Of a stretch of 64,000 nucleotides of DNA, positions 1 through 14,769 are shown piece after piece. The translations under genes and the position numbers were made by a program. The stretch's first letter is position 1. The number at the start of each line of letters is the position of its first letter. The notes below the pieces were generated by a model. That model did no database searches, was not told the DNA's origin, and saw only the letters and a program-made list of their open reading frames with translations. Location of the stretch: positions 46,500,001-46,564,000 of the forward strand of contig OZ024753.1 of the NCBI GenBank assembly GCA_964016885.1, given 5' to 3'. The stretch comes from Eledone cirrhosa. Taxonomy: Eukaryota.

Positions 1-1650
1 AGACCTGTCTCTCTGGCTATAGACCTGTCTCTCTGACTACAGACCTGTCTCTCTGACTACAGACCTGTCTCTCTGATTCCAGACCTGTCTCTCTGACTAT
101 AGACCTGTCTCTCTGACTACAGACCTGTCTCTCTGACTACAGACCTGTCTCTCTGACTACAGACCTGTCTCTCTGTCTACAGACCATCCTCTCTGACTAC
201 AGACCTGTCTCTCTGACTACAGATCTGTCTCTCTGACTACAGATCTGTCTCTCTGACTACAGACCTGTCTCTCTGACTACAGACCTGTCTCTCTGATTCC
301 AGACCTGTCTCTCTGACTATAGACCTGTCTCTCTGACTACAGACCTGTCTCTCTGACTATAGACCTGTCTCTCTGACTACAGACCTGTCTCTCTGTCTAC
401 AGACCATCCTCTCTGACTACAGACCTGTCTCTCTGACTACAGATCTGTCTCTCTGACTACAGATCTGTCTCTCTGACTACAGACCTGTCTCTCTGACAAC
501 AGACCTGTCTCTCTGATTCCAGACTTGTCTCTCTGACTATAGACCTGTCTCTCTGACTACAGACCTGTCTCTCTGACTATAGACCTGTCTCTCTGACTAC
601 AGACCTGTCTCTCTGTCTACAGACCATCCTCTCTGACTACAGACCTGTCTCTCTGACTACAGATCTGTCTCTCTGACTACAGATCTGTCTCTCTGACTAC
701 AGACCTGTCTCTCTGACTATATACCTGTCTCTCTGACTATAGACCTGTCTCTCTGACTACAGACCTGTCTCTCTGACTATAGACCTGTCTCTCTTACTAC
801 AGACCTGTCTCTCTGACTATAGACCTGTCTCTCTGACTACAGACCTGTCTCTCTGTCTATAGACCTGTCTCTCTGACTACAGACCTGTCTCTCTGGCTAT
901 AGACCTGTCTCTCTGACTATAGACCTGTCTCTCTTACTACAGACCTGTCTCTCTGACTATAGACCTGTCTCTCTGACTACAGACCTGTCTCTCTGTCTAT
1001 AGACCTGTCTCTCTGACTACAGACCTGTCTCTCTGTCTATAGACCTGTCTCTCTGACTACAGACCTGTCTCTCTGGCTATAGACCTGTCTCTCTGACTAC
1101 AGACCTGTCTCTCTGGCTATAGACCTGTCTCTCTGACTACAGACCTGTCTCTCTGACTACAGACCTGTCTCTCTGACTACAGACCTGTCTCTCTGACTAT
1201 AGACCTGTCTCTCTGACTACAGACCTGCCTCTCTGACTACAGACCTGTCTCTCTGTCTACAGACCATCCTCTCTGACTATAGACCTGTCTCTCTGACAAC
1301 AGACCTGTCTCTCTGACTATAGACCTGTCTCTCTTACTACAGACCTGTCTCTCTGACTATAGACCTGTCTCTCTGACTATAGACCTGCCTCTCTGACTAC
1401 AGACCTGCCTCTCTGACTACAGACCTGTCTCTCTGACTATAGACATGTCTCTCTGACTACAGACCTGCCTCTCTGACTACACACCTGTCTCTCTGACTAT
1501 AGACCTGCCTCTCTGACTATAGACCTGTCTCTCTGACTATAGACCTGTCTCTCTGACTATAGACCTGTCTCTCTGACTATAGACCTGTCTCTCTGACTAC
1601 AGACCTGTCTCTCTGACTACAGACCTGTCTCTCTGTCTATAGATCTGTCT
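1..1650. repeat. 20-bp tandem minisatellite (AGACCTGTCTCTCTGACTAC), about 82 units, runs off the window start
   Basis: Strict 20-bp period without indels; variant units recur at 220-bp spacing. Confidence 0.98.
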
Positions 1651-1957
1651 CTCTATCTGTCTTTTTTCCACACCTGCCTCACTCCCACTCTAACATTAAA
1701 ATTATCATCATCATCATCATAACATACCACCTCAGTATCTTCTCTGACAACACAATACCATTCTCGTGTCACAATTCCAGTGTGTAGACAATGGATATAC
1801 GGAGCGACACTTCACAACGTCTTTACATGTCATGGACACACATTCGTATTCGAAGTCATCACCATCATCATCATCACCATCATCACCATCATCATCACTA
1901 TCATCATCACTTATTGAAATCATGTTACGTTTCACTCTTAATTTTTATTTCTCTTAT

Positions 1958-2002
1958 TCACATACAATTGTTGTTTCTGCCGTGTTACGTTTCATCAGTA
2001 TC
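1958..2002 (-). ncRNA. Degenerate hammerhead-ribozyme-like motif
   Basis: Minus strand CTGATGA-aacgtaacacggca-GAA-ACAA-caa-TTGT-A. Stem III is good; stems I and II are decayed. Confidence 0.4.
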
Positions 2003-2266
2003 AGGATCCAAGAAATTTACATTACGATTATCAAATTTATTGAAGGAAGGAAGAAAGGAGGAGCTGGAGAAGATATGTATCTAAAAGTCACATCTTTATA
2101 GATGCTCAGTCACATCAGCAGCTCCTAATTATAATAAGATATGTCATAATTTTACAATGATTTTTCTCACTTAACAAAGAAATACCAAAGCAAAACAACA
2201 GAAGTTTCCAACAGGCCTTCACATAAATGGTGACTGACTGATGAGATGCTTCCGCCCCGTGGGCTT

Positions 2267-2310
<44 letters not shown>

Positions 2311-2661
2311 CTCACACACACACACATACACACTGAGTCATTTACATTTCCCTCACACTTTTAATGATAACACACGGATATAATTAATTAAAGTTTTCAC
2401 AATTGTGAAAGAAGGCAAGGAAAAGGTATGTGGTAGGATTTATAATTGGTTACAATAGTAGAGAAACGATGATATTGTCTCTTCTTTTCCTTCTTTCCTT
2501 CTTTTCTGATGAGGTTTTTTAACTTTTTCCACCATAATATGCACCTGCTGTATCTTTGTCTCTTTTTTTTGAATTTTATACTCGGGTTGTTTTTTTTGTT
2601 ATTGTTGTTCTTTACATTCCCAATTATAATCGAACCATGTTCGTTACTAATGACTTTAAGG

Positions 2662-2698
2662 AGAACCATATACGTCAGAGATACCACTCATTGCCTCA

Positions 2699-2793
<95 letters not shown>

Positions 2794-2827
2794 GGCAATG
2801 AGTGGTATCTCTGACGTATATGGTTCT
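2662..2827. repeat. Fold-back palindrome: about 39-bp unique arms around (CT)n(TA)n(GA)n
   Basis: agaaccatatacgtcagagataccactcattgcctcact (2662-2700) is the exact reverse complement of 2789-2827. Confidence 0.9.
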
Positions 2828-2994
2828 ATATATATATATATATTATACCCTTTTTCTCTACCTGACTATCTCCACTCTATCATATATACATACCTATATA
2901 TATTTATATATACGCATAATGTACTTATATATACATGTATGCCAGTTGAGCACTCTATGTTCTTACAGAGCAGAGTGTGATATAATATAAAACG

Positions 2995-3310
2995 AAAAAT
3001 CAGTGATGCATCTGGACTCAGTTTATTGTGTTACAATTGTTTCGCCGGCAGATAGCTCGAGACACGATCATTGTATGGATCTGTCTGATTCTAGATCTGC
3101 ATGTTCTTCGGACACATGCAATACTTTCGGAACAAATTTTCTCACTGGAGTGTTTGCTTCAAAAAACATATTCCTTTCTTGTCTTGCTATTGGCTGTTGT
3201 TTTTCTACGTCATCATAAATTCTGGTCAATATTTGCTGCCATACTGGCCATCAGCTAGTCTCCGTCCGACACACTTCATGCTGGGTTTGGTATTTCACAA
3301 GTCCGCTCAC
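2995..3310 (-). mobile_element. TA-flanked dispersed element with HHR-like fold (variant CUCGA core); second copy at about 46440-46590
   Basis: Clear similarity to 46440-46590. Minus 3068-3025 reads ATCGTGT CTCGA GCT...GGC GAA ACAATTGT A ACACAAT. Confidence 0.65.
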
Positions 3311-3320
3311 ACACACATAT

Positions 3321-3424
<104 letters not shown>

Positions 3425-4390
3425 TTCCCAAGCCGTGTCGGGGGCGGTGGTAACCACGATTTAAAAATTATTCAATACATTGGTAGAGTATAGGCATATA
3501 TATTTATGTGTGTGCGTATATATATATATATGTGTGTATATATATATATGTGTATGTATGTATATATGTATGTGTGAATATATATATATGTATGTGTGTG
3601 TGTGTGTGTGTATCTATGTATGTGTATATATATATGTGTGTGTGTGTGTGTATGCATGTGTTTATGCATATATAAATATATATATAAAGTATATATGTGT
3701 GTGTGTGTGTGTGTCTCTGTGTACATACCTGTGTGTGTGTGTGTGTGTATAAACAAGATATATAAATCATATTTATATACCTTCATTCCCATAATCCATC
3801 ATCTTCTGTTTCTTTCATTGTTTATCTTTAAAACACAATACACAAAACTATAACCGGATGTAAACAATATAGCTTGCCAACGTCAAATCAACTCTGATTG
3901 GTCCATGTACTACGACAAGCTTGGCGAAGTTGACATCATTGGGAAATACGAACTGGATATATATATTTATAGAACGATACGAACTGAATAGTTTTAGATC
4001 GATATTAAGATGCGGGAGGATAACTATTGCTGTCTCAGTTTCTCGTTGGGATTTTTGATTTAATATTATTTTTTGTTTTTTTGACGAGATTTGAGGAAAA
4101 GAAATGTTGATTTAATTAAAACAATATAGGTTAGGTTACTTGACAATGGAACGGGTAAAAAAACTATTCGTTGACGTCATAAATATTGATGGATTGTGTG
4201 CGATGTGTGTATGTGTGTGATGTGTGTGTGGTGTGTGTGTGTGGTGTGTGTGTGCGTGTGCGTGTGTAGTGTGTGTGTGTCTGATGTGTATGTGTGATGT
4301 GTGTGTGGTGTGTGTGTGATGTGTGTGTGTGTGTATATGTGTGTGTCTGATGTGTATGTGTGATGTGTGTGTGTGTGAGTGTATGTGCGA

Positions 4391-4422
<32 letters not shown>

Positions 4423-5955
4423 CGTGTGTATTATTCTTTATCAGGTTTGGTTTTTCGTTCCGCAGTGTCCAAAAATCACCCCCTCCACCAAGCAAGCTTT
4501 CTGGGGTTACCTGTTTAGTCGCAGACGACCAGAGTATGTGACAGGTTGTACTTGGCTGCATGTTACCAATAGGGTTCAAGAGAGACCTGGCATTATGTAC
4601 ATTCATACATATACATATATATAAATATATACACGCATACATACATAGGAAGGAATTAAAATAAACGATCGTATTTTCGATATAACACATATAAACATCT
4701 ATATCACCCTCTCTCTCTCTCTCTCTCTCTCTCACGCGCGCGCGCGCACGCACACACATTCTTTCTTGAAGAAATTCGGTGCTGCCAAACCTGGAGAGAA
4801 GTAAACTCCGGTATCGTTTGAAATTCTCAAGCTACGGCGAATCTCACCACAACGCCATAACGACCGCACCATGATTTGAGGGCAGAAAGAAGGAAGTATT
4901 TTTGGTATATTTCCATAAGCCCCGTTGTTTTAGATTTTAGTTGTGTTGTGGTACAACTAAGATAAGAGAGGAATGGCTAGAGGATATTTACAATCACCAC
5001 AAGGTATACTGATTATATGACAATGATCATTGCGAAAATTCTGGAAAAATGCAAAATATTTTAAATATAATTATATATCTGAAAAACATAATTGGTTTCA
5101 ACTTAAAACCTATACGTGTTACAGAAAGACAGTTTTTGAAATCAGCCTAAAATGTTGTTTCTTTGTCTGGCATCCGCCCAAAATCGTTTCTGATAGGAAT
5201 TCTTTGATGACCAGTATATTCAAAAAAACTGATCATCGTAGTCATATCTTATTGAAAATATATTTTATCGAATCAGTATTACGGTTCTATTTATGAGTCC
5301 AATTATGCTATTAGATTTCTTAAGTGCAGCCGCAGTATTTGTGAAAGTCGTTATCCTTATCAAGAGACGCATCAAACTATCTTCAATTCTTCAATAAATT
5401 CAAATATATGGTTTGTTTCATTTTAAAAGATTAATTTAGATAAATTTTTACTGAACTGTAAGCACTTTCTATGATTGTATATATGTCTGTGCGCATCTCT
5501 CTGTGTGGGCGTGTCGTGTCCGTGTGTGTGTGTGTGTGCCCGTGTATGTGTGTATGTATATTGTTCTTGTATATTTATGCATATAATTCATGTGTTGTAT
5601 GTGGCCAACTATTCCACTTATAATAAAGTCTTTCGCAGTATTTTAACACTCTCATTGCCAAAGTCCATCGTTATAAATAGATGAGAGATATTTGGGAATA
5701 GCTATTTTCACATACTTAGAATTATTGATAACACACTCATGCATATATACATGTGCATACATACATACATACATACATACATACATACATACATACATAC
5801 ATACATACATACATACAACACGTACATGTATGTACGAAGTGTTTATGGTCTGAAGACCGAAAAGACCACAAATCAGGATAGTACTAAATGCATATTTTCC
5901 AGACTGGATGTAGAAAACAGTTATAGTGTATATATATATATTAGTATATATATTA

Positions 5956-6037
<82 letters not shown>

Positions 6038-6271
6038 ACATAGCTAGGATTGTATTCTCGACAACTGATCCTATTCTGGGTAAAAAGATGCTTTCATTTC
6101 CAGCAGTTAAACCCCTTCAAGGTAAATATACATAAATAAATAACTCTACATTTTAATGTGAGTGTGTCTGTGAAACACATACACCAGGTCCGAACATAAA
6201 GCAACCAAACTCATATATATAAACTTACACACGCAATTATTTGGGTGGTGGGAGAATCATAATACATACAG

Positions 6272-6360
<89 letters not shown>

Positions 6361-6689
6361 CGGAAACTAGAAATTGAAAGCTTAAGGAGTGCTGAAAGGA
6401 GAGATTTCGAGTCATACTCAGAGAAAAAGGGATAGTGAGAGAGGTAAGAAATAAATGAGAGAAGGATTAAAGGAGAGGTTAGGAGAAATAGATATGTAGT
6501 GTAGAGTGCTAGGTAGGTTACAGAGTTAAACAGATACACTGATCAAAACAACGTGTATCATATGGCCAAAATGAAAAGGTAAACAAGGCAGAGGAAAAGA
6601 AAAAAAATGCAATGTTATTTAGTTTGTTTGCGACTCCTATTTTCAAGATACATTTACATTCTACACATTCATGTAGATTCTCCTCTAGC

Positions 6690-6875
6690 TCCAGCATTGC
6701 CAACTGGGGTTCCTTTACCTAGTATCATCTTCAAGAACATCTTTCAGTGTGATGTTTGCTCTCCCAAACTTGTCTGCATACATCTGGTTTCCAGAGAAGA
6801 ACTCTGCCAGCAGAATTCTTTGCGACGTTTCACCTGTCCAGCTAATGCGAGCCTCCGTCGTCTTATGATTTGAGA
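6690..6875 (-). mobile_element. Degenerate RTE-type LINE 3' ORF fragment
   Basis: Minus strand translates to SQIIRRRRLALAGQVKR, resembling the 'IrrRRLrxaGHv.R' motif near RTE C-termini; frameshifted afterwards. Confidence 0.6.
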
Positions 6876-6997
6876 AAGGCGAAGGTATGAACTGTAGATC
6901 GATTTATTTGGTACGTGTGTTTTTCAGATGTTCTGAACCTTTCTCAACAATCGCGTGATGTTGTATTGATCTTCTTTGTGAGTATTTTTGTTAATGT

Positions 6998-7076
<79 letters not shown>

Positions 7077-8150
7077 GGTGGTCTATTATTGACAGCGACG
7101 TGTAGGGAATCCATAAGGTTAGTTTTCTAATGAATGAAACATCAGGATGAGAAATTGATAATGTAGAAGAGACAAAGAAATTGCCGGTCACTACAGAGAG
7201 AGACGCTAGCTGTAGAGATTGAAGGAAAGTTTTAAATATAGAAAGTAATCTGCTTTAGCGTTCGGGTTTTTTCTTCTTTCTTATGGATTAATAATAACAA
7301 TGATGATAGTGATGATGATGGTTGTTGTGGTGGTGGTGTTTGGTGAGGATGATGAGGCTTATGATGATGATGGAGATGGTGGAGGTGGTTGTGATGATAA
7401 TGGTGATGATGGTGTTAATGTTGGCGATGATGATGATAATAATAATAGAAGTGCTAATAAAATGTCTGCTGAGTAAATTAATCTCCGTTGTAATGCATTG
7501 GGGATTTTATTCTTTGATAAGAGTTGATCAATATCGAGACTAGATCCAGATCGAAGTTACTTCTATTTTTATTGGTATTTTTATTTCATTTTATCCTATT
7601 TTTATTATCTTACTTTATTTTATTTTGTTCTGATAAGTATTGAAATATAGTCTTAGAGAGTATTGAAATATAGTCTTAGAGAGTATTATTCAATTTACAA
7701 TAATCTTTTAAGACTTCTCTTCTCGTTTGTCATCACAAGACCAGGTTTTGTAACACGATTGAGTCCGCTCAATATTGCTGACTCTAGTTTAATGGCCATA
7801 GAGACGCGCTCAATATGAGGGCAGGGGAGTCAGGTAGGACATTTAGCAGGGGCCTACAGATATAAGAGAATTTAGTCAGGTGGTCAAGTTTGTCATAGGC
7901 CTGCAATTTTGAAGGAGGGGGCAAGAAACAATTAACTGCATTATTTCTGGCTGCCCAGTCTTAGCCAAAAATGAATATATCCACAGACCTGATAGAGTTG
8001 GGATTTACAGACACTGGAAGTTATGCCAACACTGCGAAATACCAACAGAAAAAAGATGGTATAGTTACACACCAGAAAATATGTCAGAGAATAACAAAAC
8101 AACTATAACCTGGGATATACCATACTCTATCTCCTCCTTCTCTCTCCCTC

Positions 8151-8203
<53 letters not shown>

Positions 8204-8567
8204 GCTCACATTCTCACGTACACCCACCTGTATACACATATGTGTGTGTGTATTACATACAGATATATCTCGAATCACATCTTATGTTCATTAATAAATA
8301 TAGTAAAGCTAAGATATTTCCAAACCAAACAAGAAGCTCCGATCTCTTCGCATAGAAATGTGTGTCATTCACAAGAATTCCTCTTTTAGCTAAATATGAC
8401 TCACCATATTATTAATGAATCTCTCACCTGTGTTTAATTAACAGTAATTAACTTTCATCCCAGGTGTTTTACGCTGTCAAGTCATATCTAATGATGTTAC
8501 GTATGTAATTATAAACATGGTGAGATAACGGAAGAGACTCCATCCTGGACAATACCCTCTTAGAAAC

Positions 8568-8657
<90 letters not shown>

Positions 8658-9390
8658 CAAATATATATAGCAGATAAAAGATTAGAGAAAAACTGCCGAA
8701 ATTCTTAAATTTATTAGAGTATAACGAGAAAAACAACACCAACAACAACACCATCAACGACAGCAACATCAACAGCATCAACAACATCATCAACAACAAC
8801 ATCAACATCAAGGAACAGATGAAACAGAAGAAAGTTATAAATTTGGAAGAAGATAAATATAATTCTTCAAAAGTCTTCTATATTCTCACTCAGTGTATAT
8901 ATTTGTGTATAAATGTGTGTGTGTGTGTCAGTGTCCGTGTGTGTGTGTGGACCTCGATTATATTTAAACAGAGGGTTCAGAGTAACGGATCAACTATCGC
9001 AAGGTATATTATCCCACACCCTAATGATTCCTGCTGCCAATTTACTGCCGATTCTTACATTTAACCAGATTATTATTGCTCCCCTTATATTGCTAATATT
9101 CTCTCTCAAACATTGTCTCGTCTCGTCTCTTCTCATATCATCTCATCTCATCTCATCTCGTCTCGTCTCGTCTCACATAAAGTCTTTTTTATAATAGAAA
9201 TTTATTTTGGTATGAAGGTGTGATAAGTAGATATGAGAAATATAGTAGAAGGCGGATGTTGACATGGATTACAACCCTTCCCCCCGTCTTAGCTTGATGA
9301 GTAACAGGCATCATGTGCTTTCTTATTTATATTATGACTGTTGAAGGTAAATATTAAAAAACGGTGTATATATATATGTATATATATATG

Positions 9391-9476
<86 letters not shown>

Positions 9477-10009
9477 TACACAGGTGTGAGAATTAACTCA
9501 TCAACGAGCAATTGGGTTTGCGTTAAGAACATTTCCCATTCACTGGTACGAGCGGAAGTGGAACCGTTCCTAAAAGCGAGTAAGATATTTCCACAATGAA
9601 GTCAATAAAAATAATAACGGATTCGTTGTAGATGAGGAGGGGAAGGTGATTATACAATACTTTGTTGGGTGTCATGGAAAATAAGTAAAGAGCATCTCCT
9701 ATTTTAAACAGAAGGCTTGAAAAATGGCGAGAGAAGAGAAATCGATTAAATAGACCGAGTACTTGACTGTTAGTCTATTGTTATCGTTCTGGAAGTAAAG
9801 AAACACAACATTGATTCTGATTAAATTTGAAGCCAGAACTTAGAGAGCCAAAATACTGCTATATCTAACGACCTCAATTGTATTTTATTTAGGTACAGGA
9901 TCAGTAATTTGATAAAATGAGAGACTTGATTAACTCGACCCCAATACTTCACTGGTACTCTACAAGTTGATCTTGTCTGAAATCTGAAGTCTGTCTCGAA
10001 TCCGGAGGC

Positions 10010-10250
10010 TGATCAGGCCTTGTGCTTATCCCGGTTTCTGTGGCATGGAACGACTGTCACCCTGGACAGAACGCCAGTCCATCGCGAGGTTAAACCCTCA
10101 GCTACTGGGACACATTTTCAACTAAGTATACTGGACCAACGTGAAATATAGTGTTTTGCTCAAGAAGACAGCACACAAACCACTCCAGGAATCGAACTCT
10201 TGACATTACGATCGTTAAGTCCAACACCCTCACCACTAGGCCATGCACTT
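10010..10250 (-). mobile_element. tRNA-derived SINE
   Basis: Minus strand A-box-like tggcctagtgg and B-box gagttcgattcc; body similar to 15170-15310, 44055-44320 and 45845-46150. Confidence 0.8.
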
Positions 10251-10485
10251 CTAATAGTTCATCTTGGTGGGATTTGAACTCAGAAAGTAAAGAAGCGGAA
10301 GAATTAGTGAAAAGTATTTATTATCTTTATCTTTCTCGCCGTCCTTATTATGATAATGTGAAAAACTCTTTATTTTTATAGTTACCAACAACACCATGGC
10401 CTTTATCAGAATAAGTTAAGTGGAAGAATGAGATTGATTAGCAAGTGCCAAATAACCAAAGTCTAACAGAGAGAAGAGAAAGGAT

Positions 10486-10534
<49 letters not shown>

Positions 10535-10926
10535 CATGTGTGTGTGGAGAGAGAGGGGGAGAAACGAGATATTGCCAAAATATCAAAGATTAATCGATAC
10601 GAAAGTGATATTGGCCATTTGTGGCAAAAATAATGCTGTTGTTGTTGTTGTTGTTTTGGGGGATTGAGTGGGGAGTGGAATGTGATAGAGGAAAAGACGG
10701 ACAGACAGACGATCAGACAGACAGGCGGCCTGACACAGAGAGAGACACACCGGCAGACAGTCAGACGGGCAGAGAGACTGACGGACGGATACACAGACAA
10801 AGTATATAGAACAAATGTCTGTTGCTGAGCAACAAAAAATCCTCACGCTTTTCCGCGTGCTAATCATATCTGATTCATTTTTACAATTATTTATATCAAT
10901 ATTACTGTTTGTTACAAACATAGAGA

Positions 10927-11225
10927 ACCGGTGGTTGTGTAGTTTACTGCGTGTGCTCCACATACATACACAGACCGGCGTCTGTGTAGTTTACTGCCCT
11001 AGGGCAACCCTACGTGTGCTCCACATACATACACAGACCGGCGTCAGTGTAGTTTGCTGCCCTAGGGCAACCCTACGTGTGCTCCACATACATACACAGA
11101 CCGGCGTCTGTGTAGTTTACTGCCCTAGGGCAACCCTACGTGTGCTCCACACACACAAACCGGCGTCTGTGTAGTTTACTGCCCTAGGGCAACCCTACAA
11201 TGTGTGCTCCACACACATACACAGA
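10927..11225. repeat. 63-bp tandem repeat (about 4.5 units) with an internal 12-bp palindrome TGCCCTAGGGCA
   Basis: accggcg starts at 10974, 11037, 11100 and about 11159. Confidence 0.92.
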
Positions 11226-11669
11226 GTTATGTGCCCACATTCTCCTAACTTTACTTATTTCAACAGTTTGACAATTTTAGAAATCTAGATTTCGACAATT
11301 CTGGTTCTGACCACATTAAAAAGAATTACAAAGCCTACCTTTTCTACTTCTAATTCAGTCCCTAGCCCCGCCAAATCATGTGACAGGTCATAACAATATA
11401 CAACCGTCTCTGCTACTTTGGAGATTTCTACGCTGTTACACGTGCCAAGGTTGACGTTTCCCACTGAACAAATGTTAAAATAAATACGCCAGTCATATAT
11501 AGTGCAACATTAAAACGATCATATGGAACGGCACTAATGGAGAAATACAATATTTATATTCCACTGTTGGCTTCTTGCCAGGTCTATTTCAATTCTGGTC
11601 CACATGTTCTGTGTCAAGTCACCAGTGTGCCATTATATATATATATATATATTTATATTTATGTATATA

Positions 11670-11732
<63 letters not shown>

Positions 11733-11967
11733 TTATGTATATATATATATATATATACATATGTATATATATATGTATATATGTGTGTGTGCGTGTGTGT
11801 GTGTGTGTATATATTTTATTATATATGTATATATGTATGTATGAATGTGTGTATATACATGTATATATATCTATAGATGTGTTTGTGTGTGTACGTATGT
11901 ACATATATAGATGTATGTATGTGTTTATATGTATGTATATACAAGCAGACGTGGACGGACGCGCATG

Positions 11968-12047
<80 letters not shown>

Positions 12048-12656
12048 CATACATACATTATTTTATGGATGACAGAAAGACAAAGTTGACCTCAATGGGA
12101 TTTGAAATCAGAACCTTAACATTTCTATATTCAGAAGACTGGGTGAAGGAGACGAAACTGGTCATGTTCGACACTTGTAATTAATCGATGAAAAATCGAT
12201 ACAGACACATACATATATATATATACACATACACACACATGTGTGTGTGTATCAATGAAAACAGAATATAATCCAGTGATACAACACTCACACACATACA
12301 CACACACACATGTAAACACATACACACAATGCAGACAGCCAAGTGCCAGCTTAAGCAAGTGTATCAAGAGAGAAAGAGACTATAACCTAGTGACACAGTT
12401 TCTCCAAAATATTTCTTCCCACGTGACTTTCCGACCAATTAAACTGCAGAAAATCCTGTTTCTTCTACCAAATATTTTAATAGAATTAAGAAGTTTTTAG
12501 CAAGAACACAATCTTGTCATGTTTCAACGTTTCGGCCGTGACGTTTTATCTCCTTATACTCACACACACACACACGCACACACACACACACATGCCTGTA
12601 TGTGCCTATATGTATGTTTATGTGTATATATATATGTGCGTGTGTGTGTATATATG

Positions 12657-12731
<75 letters not shown>

Positions 12732-12759
12732 GTATTTATGTATATATATATATATATAC

Positions 12760-12815
<56 letters not shown>

Positions 12816-12820
12816 TTATG

Positions 12821-12922
<102 letters not shown>

Positions 12923-13044
12923 AGGCTAATTAAAAACATACCTACATACATACACAGACAAGCTTGTATTTCTATACCAGGAAGCACAGGCACATCTCTT
13001 AAGTAAATAATAGAAAAGATTTCAACATTATTTCTATACATACT

Positions 13045-13580
13045 GTCACATAGAGAGACATACATCAACACACACACACATAGAGAGACTTACATCAACA
13101 CACACACACACATAGAGAGACTTACATCAACACACACACACACATAGAGAGAGACATACATCAACACACACACATAGAGACCTACATCAACACACACACA
13201 CATAGAGACATACATCAACATACACACACATAGAGAGAGACATACATCAACACACACATAGCGAGACATACATCAACACACACACACATAGAGACATACA
13301 TCAACACACACACACATAGAGAGACATACATCAACACACACACACACATAGAGAGACATACATCAACACACACATAGAGAGACATACATCAACACACACA
13401 TAGAGAGACATACATCAACACACACATAGAGAGACATACATCAACACACACACACATAGAGAGACATACATCAACACACACACACATAGAGAGACATACA
13501 TCAACACACATACATACACACACACAGTGAGACATACACCAACACACAGGCATAGAGAGACATACACCAACACACACATT
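13045..13580. repeat. About 26-32-bp minisatellite (CATAGAGAGACATACATCAA(CA)n)
   Basis: Direct inspection; unit length varies with the CA count. Confidence 0.92.
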
Positions 13581-13727
13581 CTCAGGCTGGTCGATAAACA
13601 TTAGTTATAAACATTAAATGAAGCGAAGATATATATCTCTCCACACTATATATATACACCCTGCATATACACACATTATATACACACACACGCACACTAT
13701 ATACACACCCTGCATACACACACACAC

Positions 13728-13759
<32 letters not shown>

Positions 13760-14029
13760 GACCCTGCATATACACATACACACACTATATTCACACTTTG
13801 CATACACACACACACACGCACTATATACACACCCTGCATATACACACACACACACACACTATATATATATATATATACACCCTGCATATACACACATACA
13901 CACACACACACATGGATATATTCATATTTATACATACATTCATATATTAATATTATATATGTGCGTGTGTTGGGGAATGTCTGTGTGTGTAGGGCAGGGT
14001 GTGTATATGGTGTGTGTGTGTGTTTGTCA

Positions 14030-14069
<40 letters not shown>

Positions 14070-14372
14070 ATGCCAGTGTGTATATGAAATATTCCGGCGT
14101 GTTTAATGTTTACAACTAATGTATATCGACCGATATTCTGGCAGTTTTTATTCATATTTTTATCCGCTGCAATGGTTAACCAAGGCGTTTAATTTACACC
14201 AAAGTGAACCAGTAAATTTATTGTTCATATTAACATCTTTAATGCTCGGACACCACCCTAATCCCCACCTTTTCTCTTTGTCAACCTACCATCACACATA
14301 ACGCCCTACAACTGTACGTACATGTATGTATGTAGATATGGATATATGTAGAATTGTATGTATATATGTATG

Positions 14373-14404
<32 letters not shown>

Positions 14405-14674
14405 GATATGTATGCATGTATGTATGTATGTGTGTATGTATGTGAGTGTGTACATAAGCCCGCTATTATATGTATATGTGTATGTATATATGTGTATGTA
14501 TATATGTGTATGTATGTGTATGTTATATAGAGAGCACATTATGTATATTTATGAAGAGAGGGGGCCATATCATTTAACACTTTGCATACCAATTTATATT
14601 TTATATACATAGATGAATTTACACAGAAAATATTTGAACTCAAGCAGCCACATATACAATACGTCTTATATAAA

Positions 14675-14754
<80 letters not shown>

Positions 14755-14769
14755 GTATATATATATATA

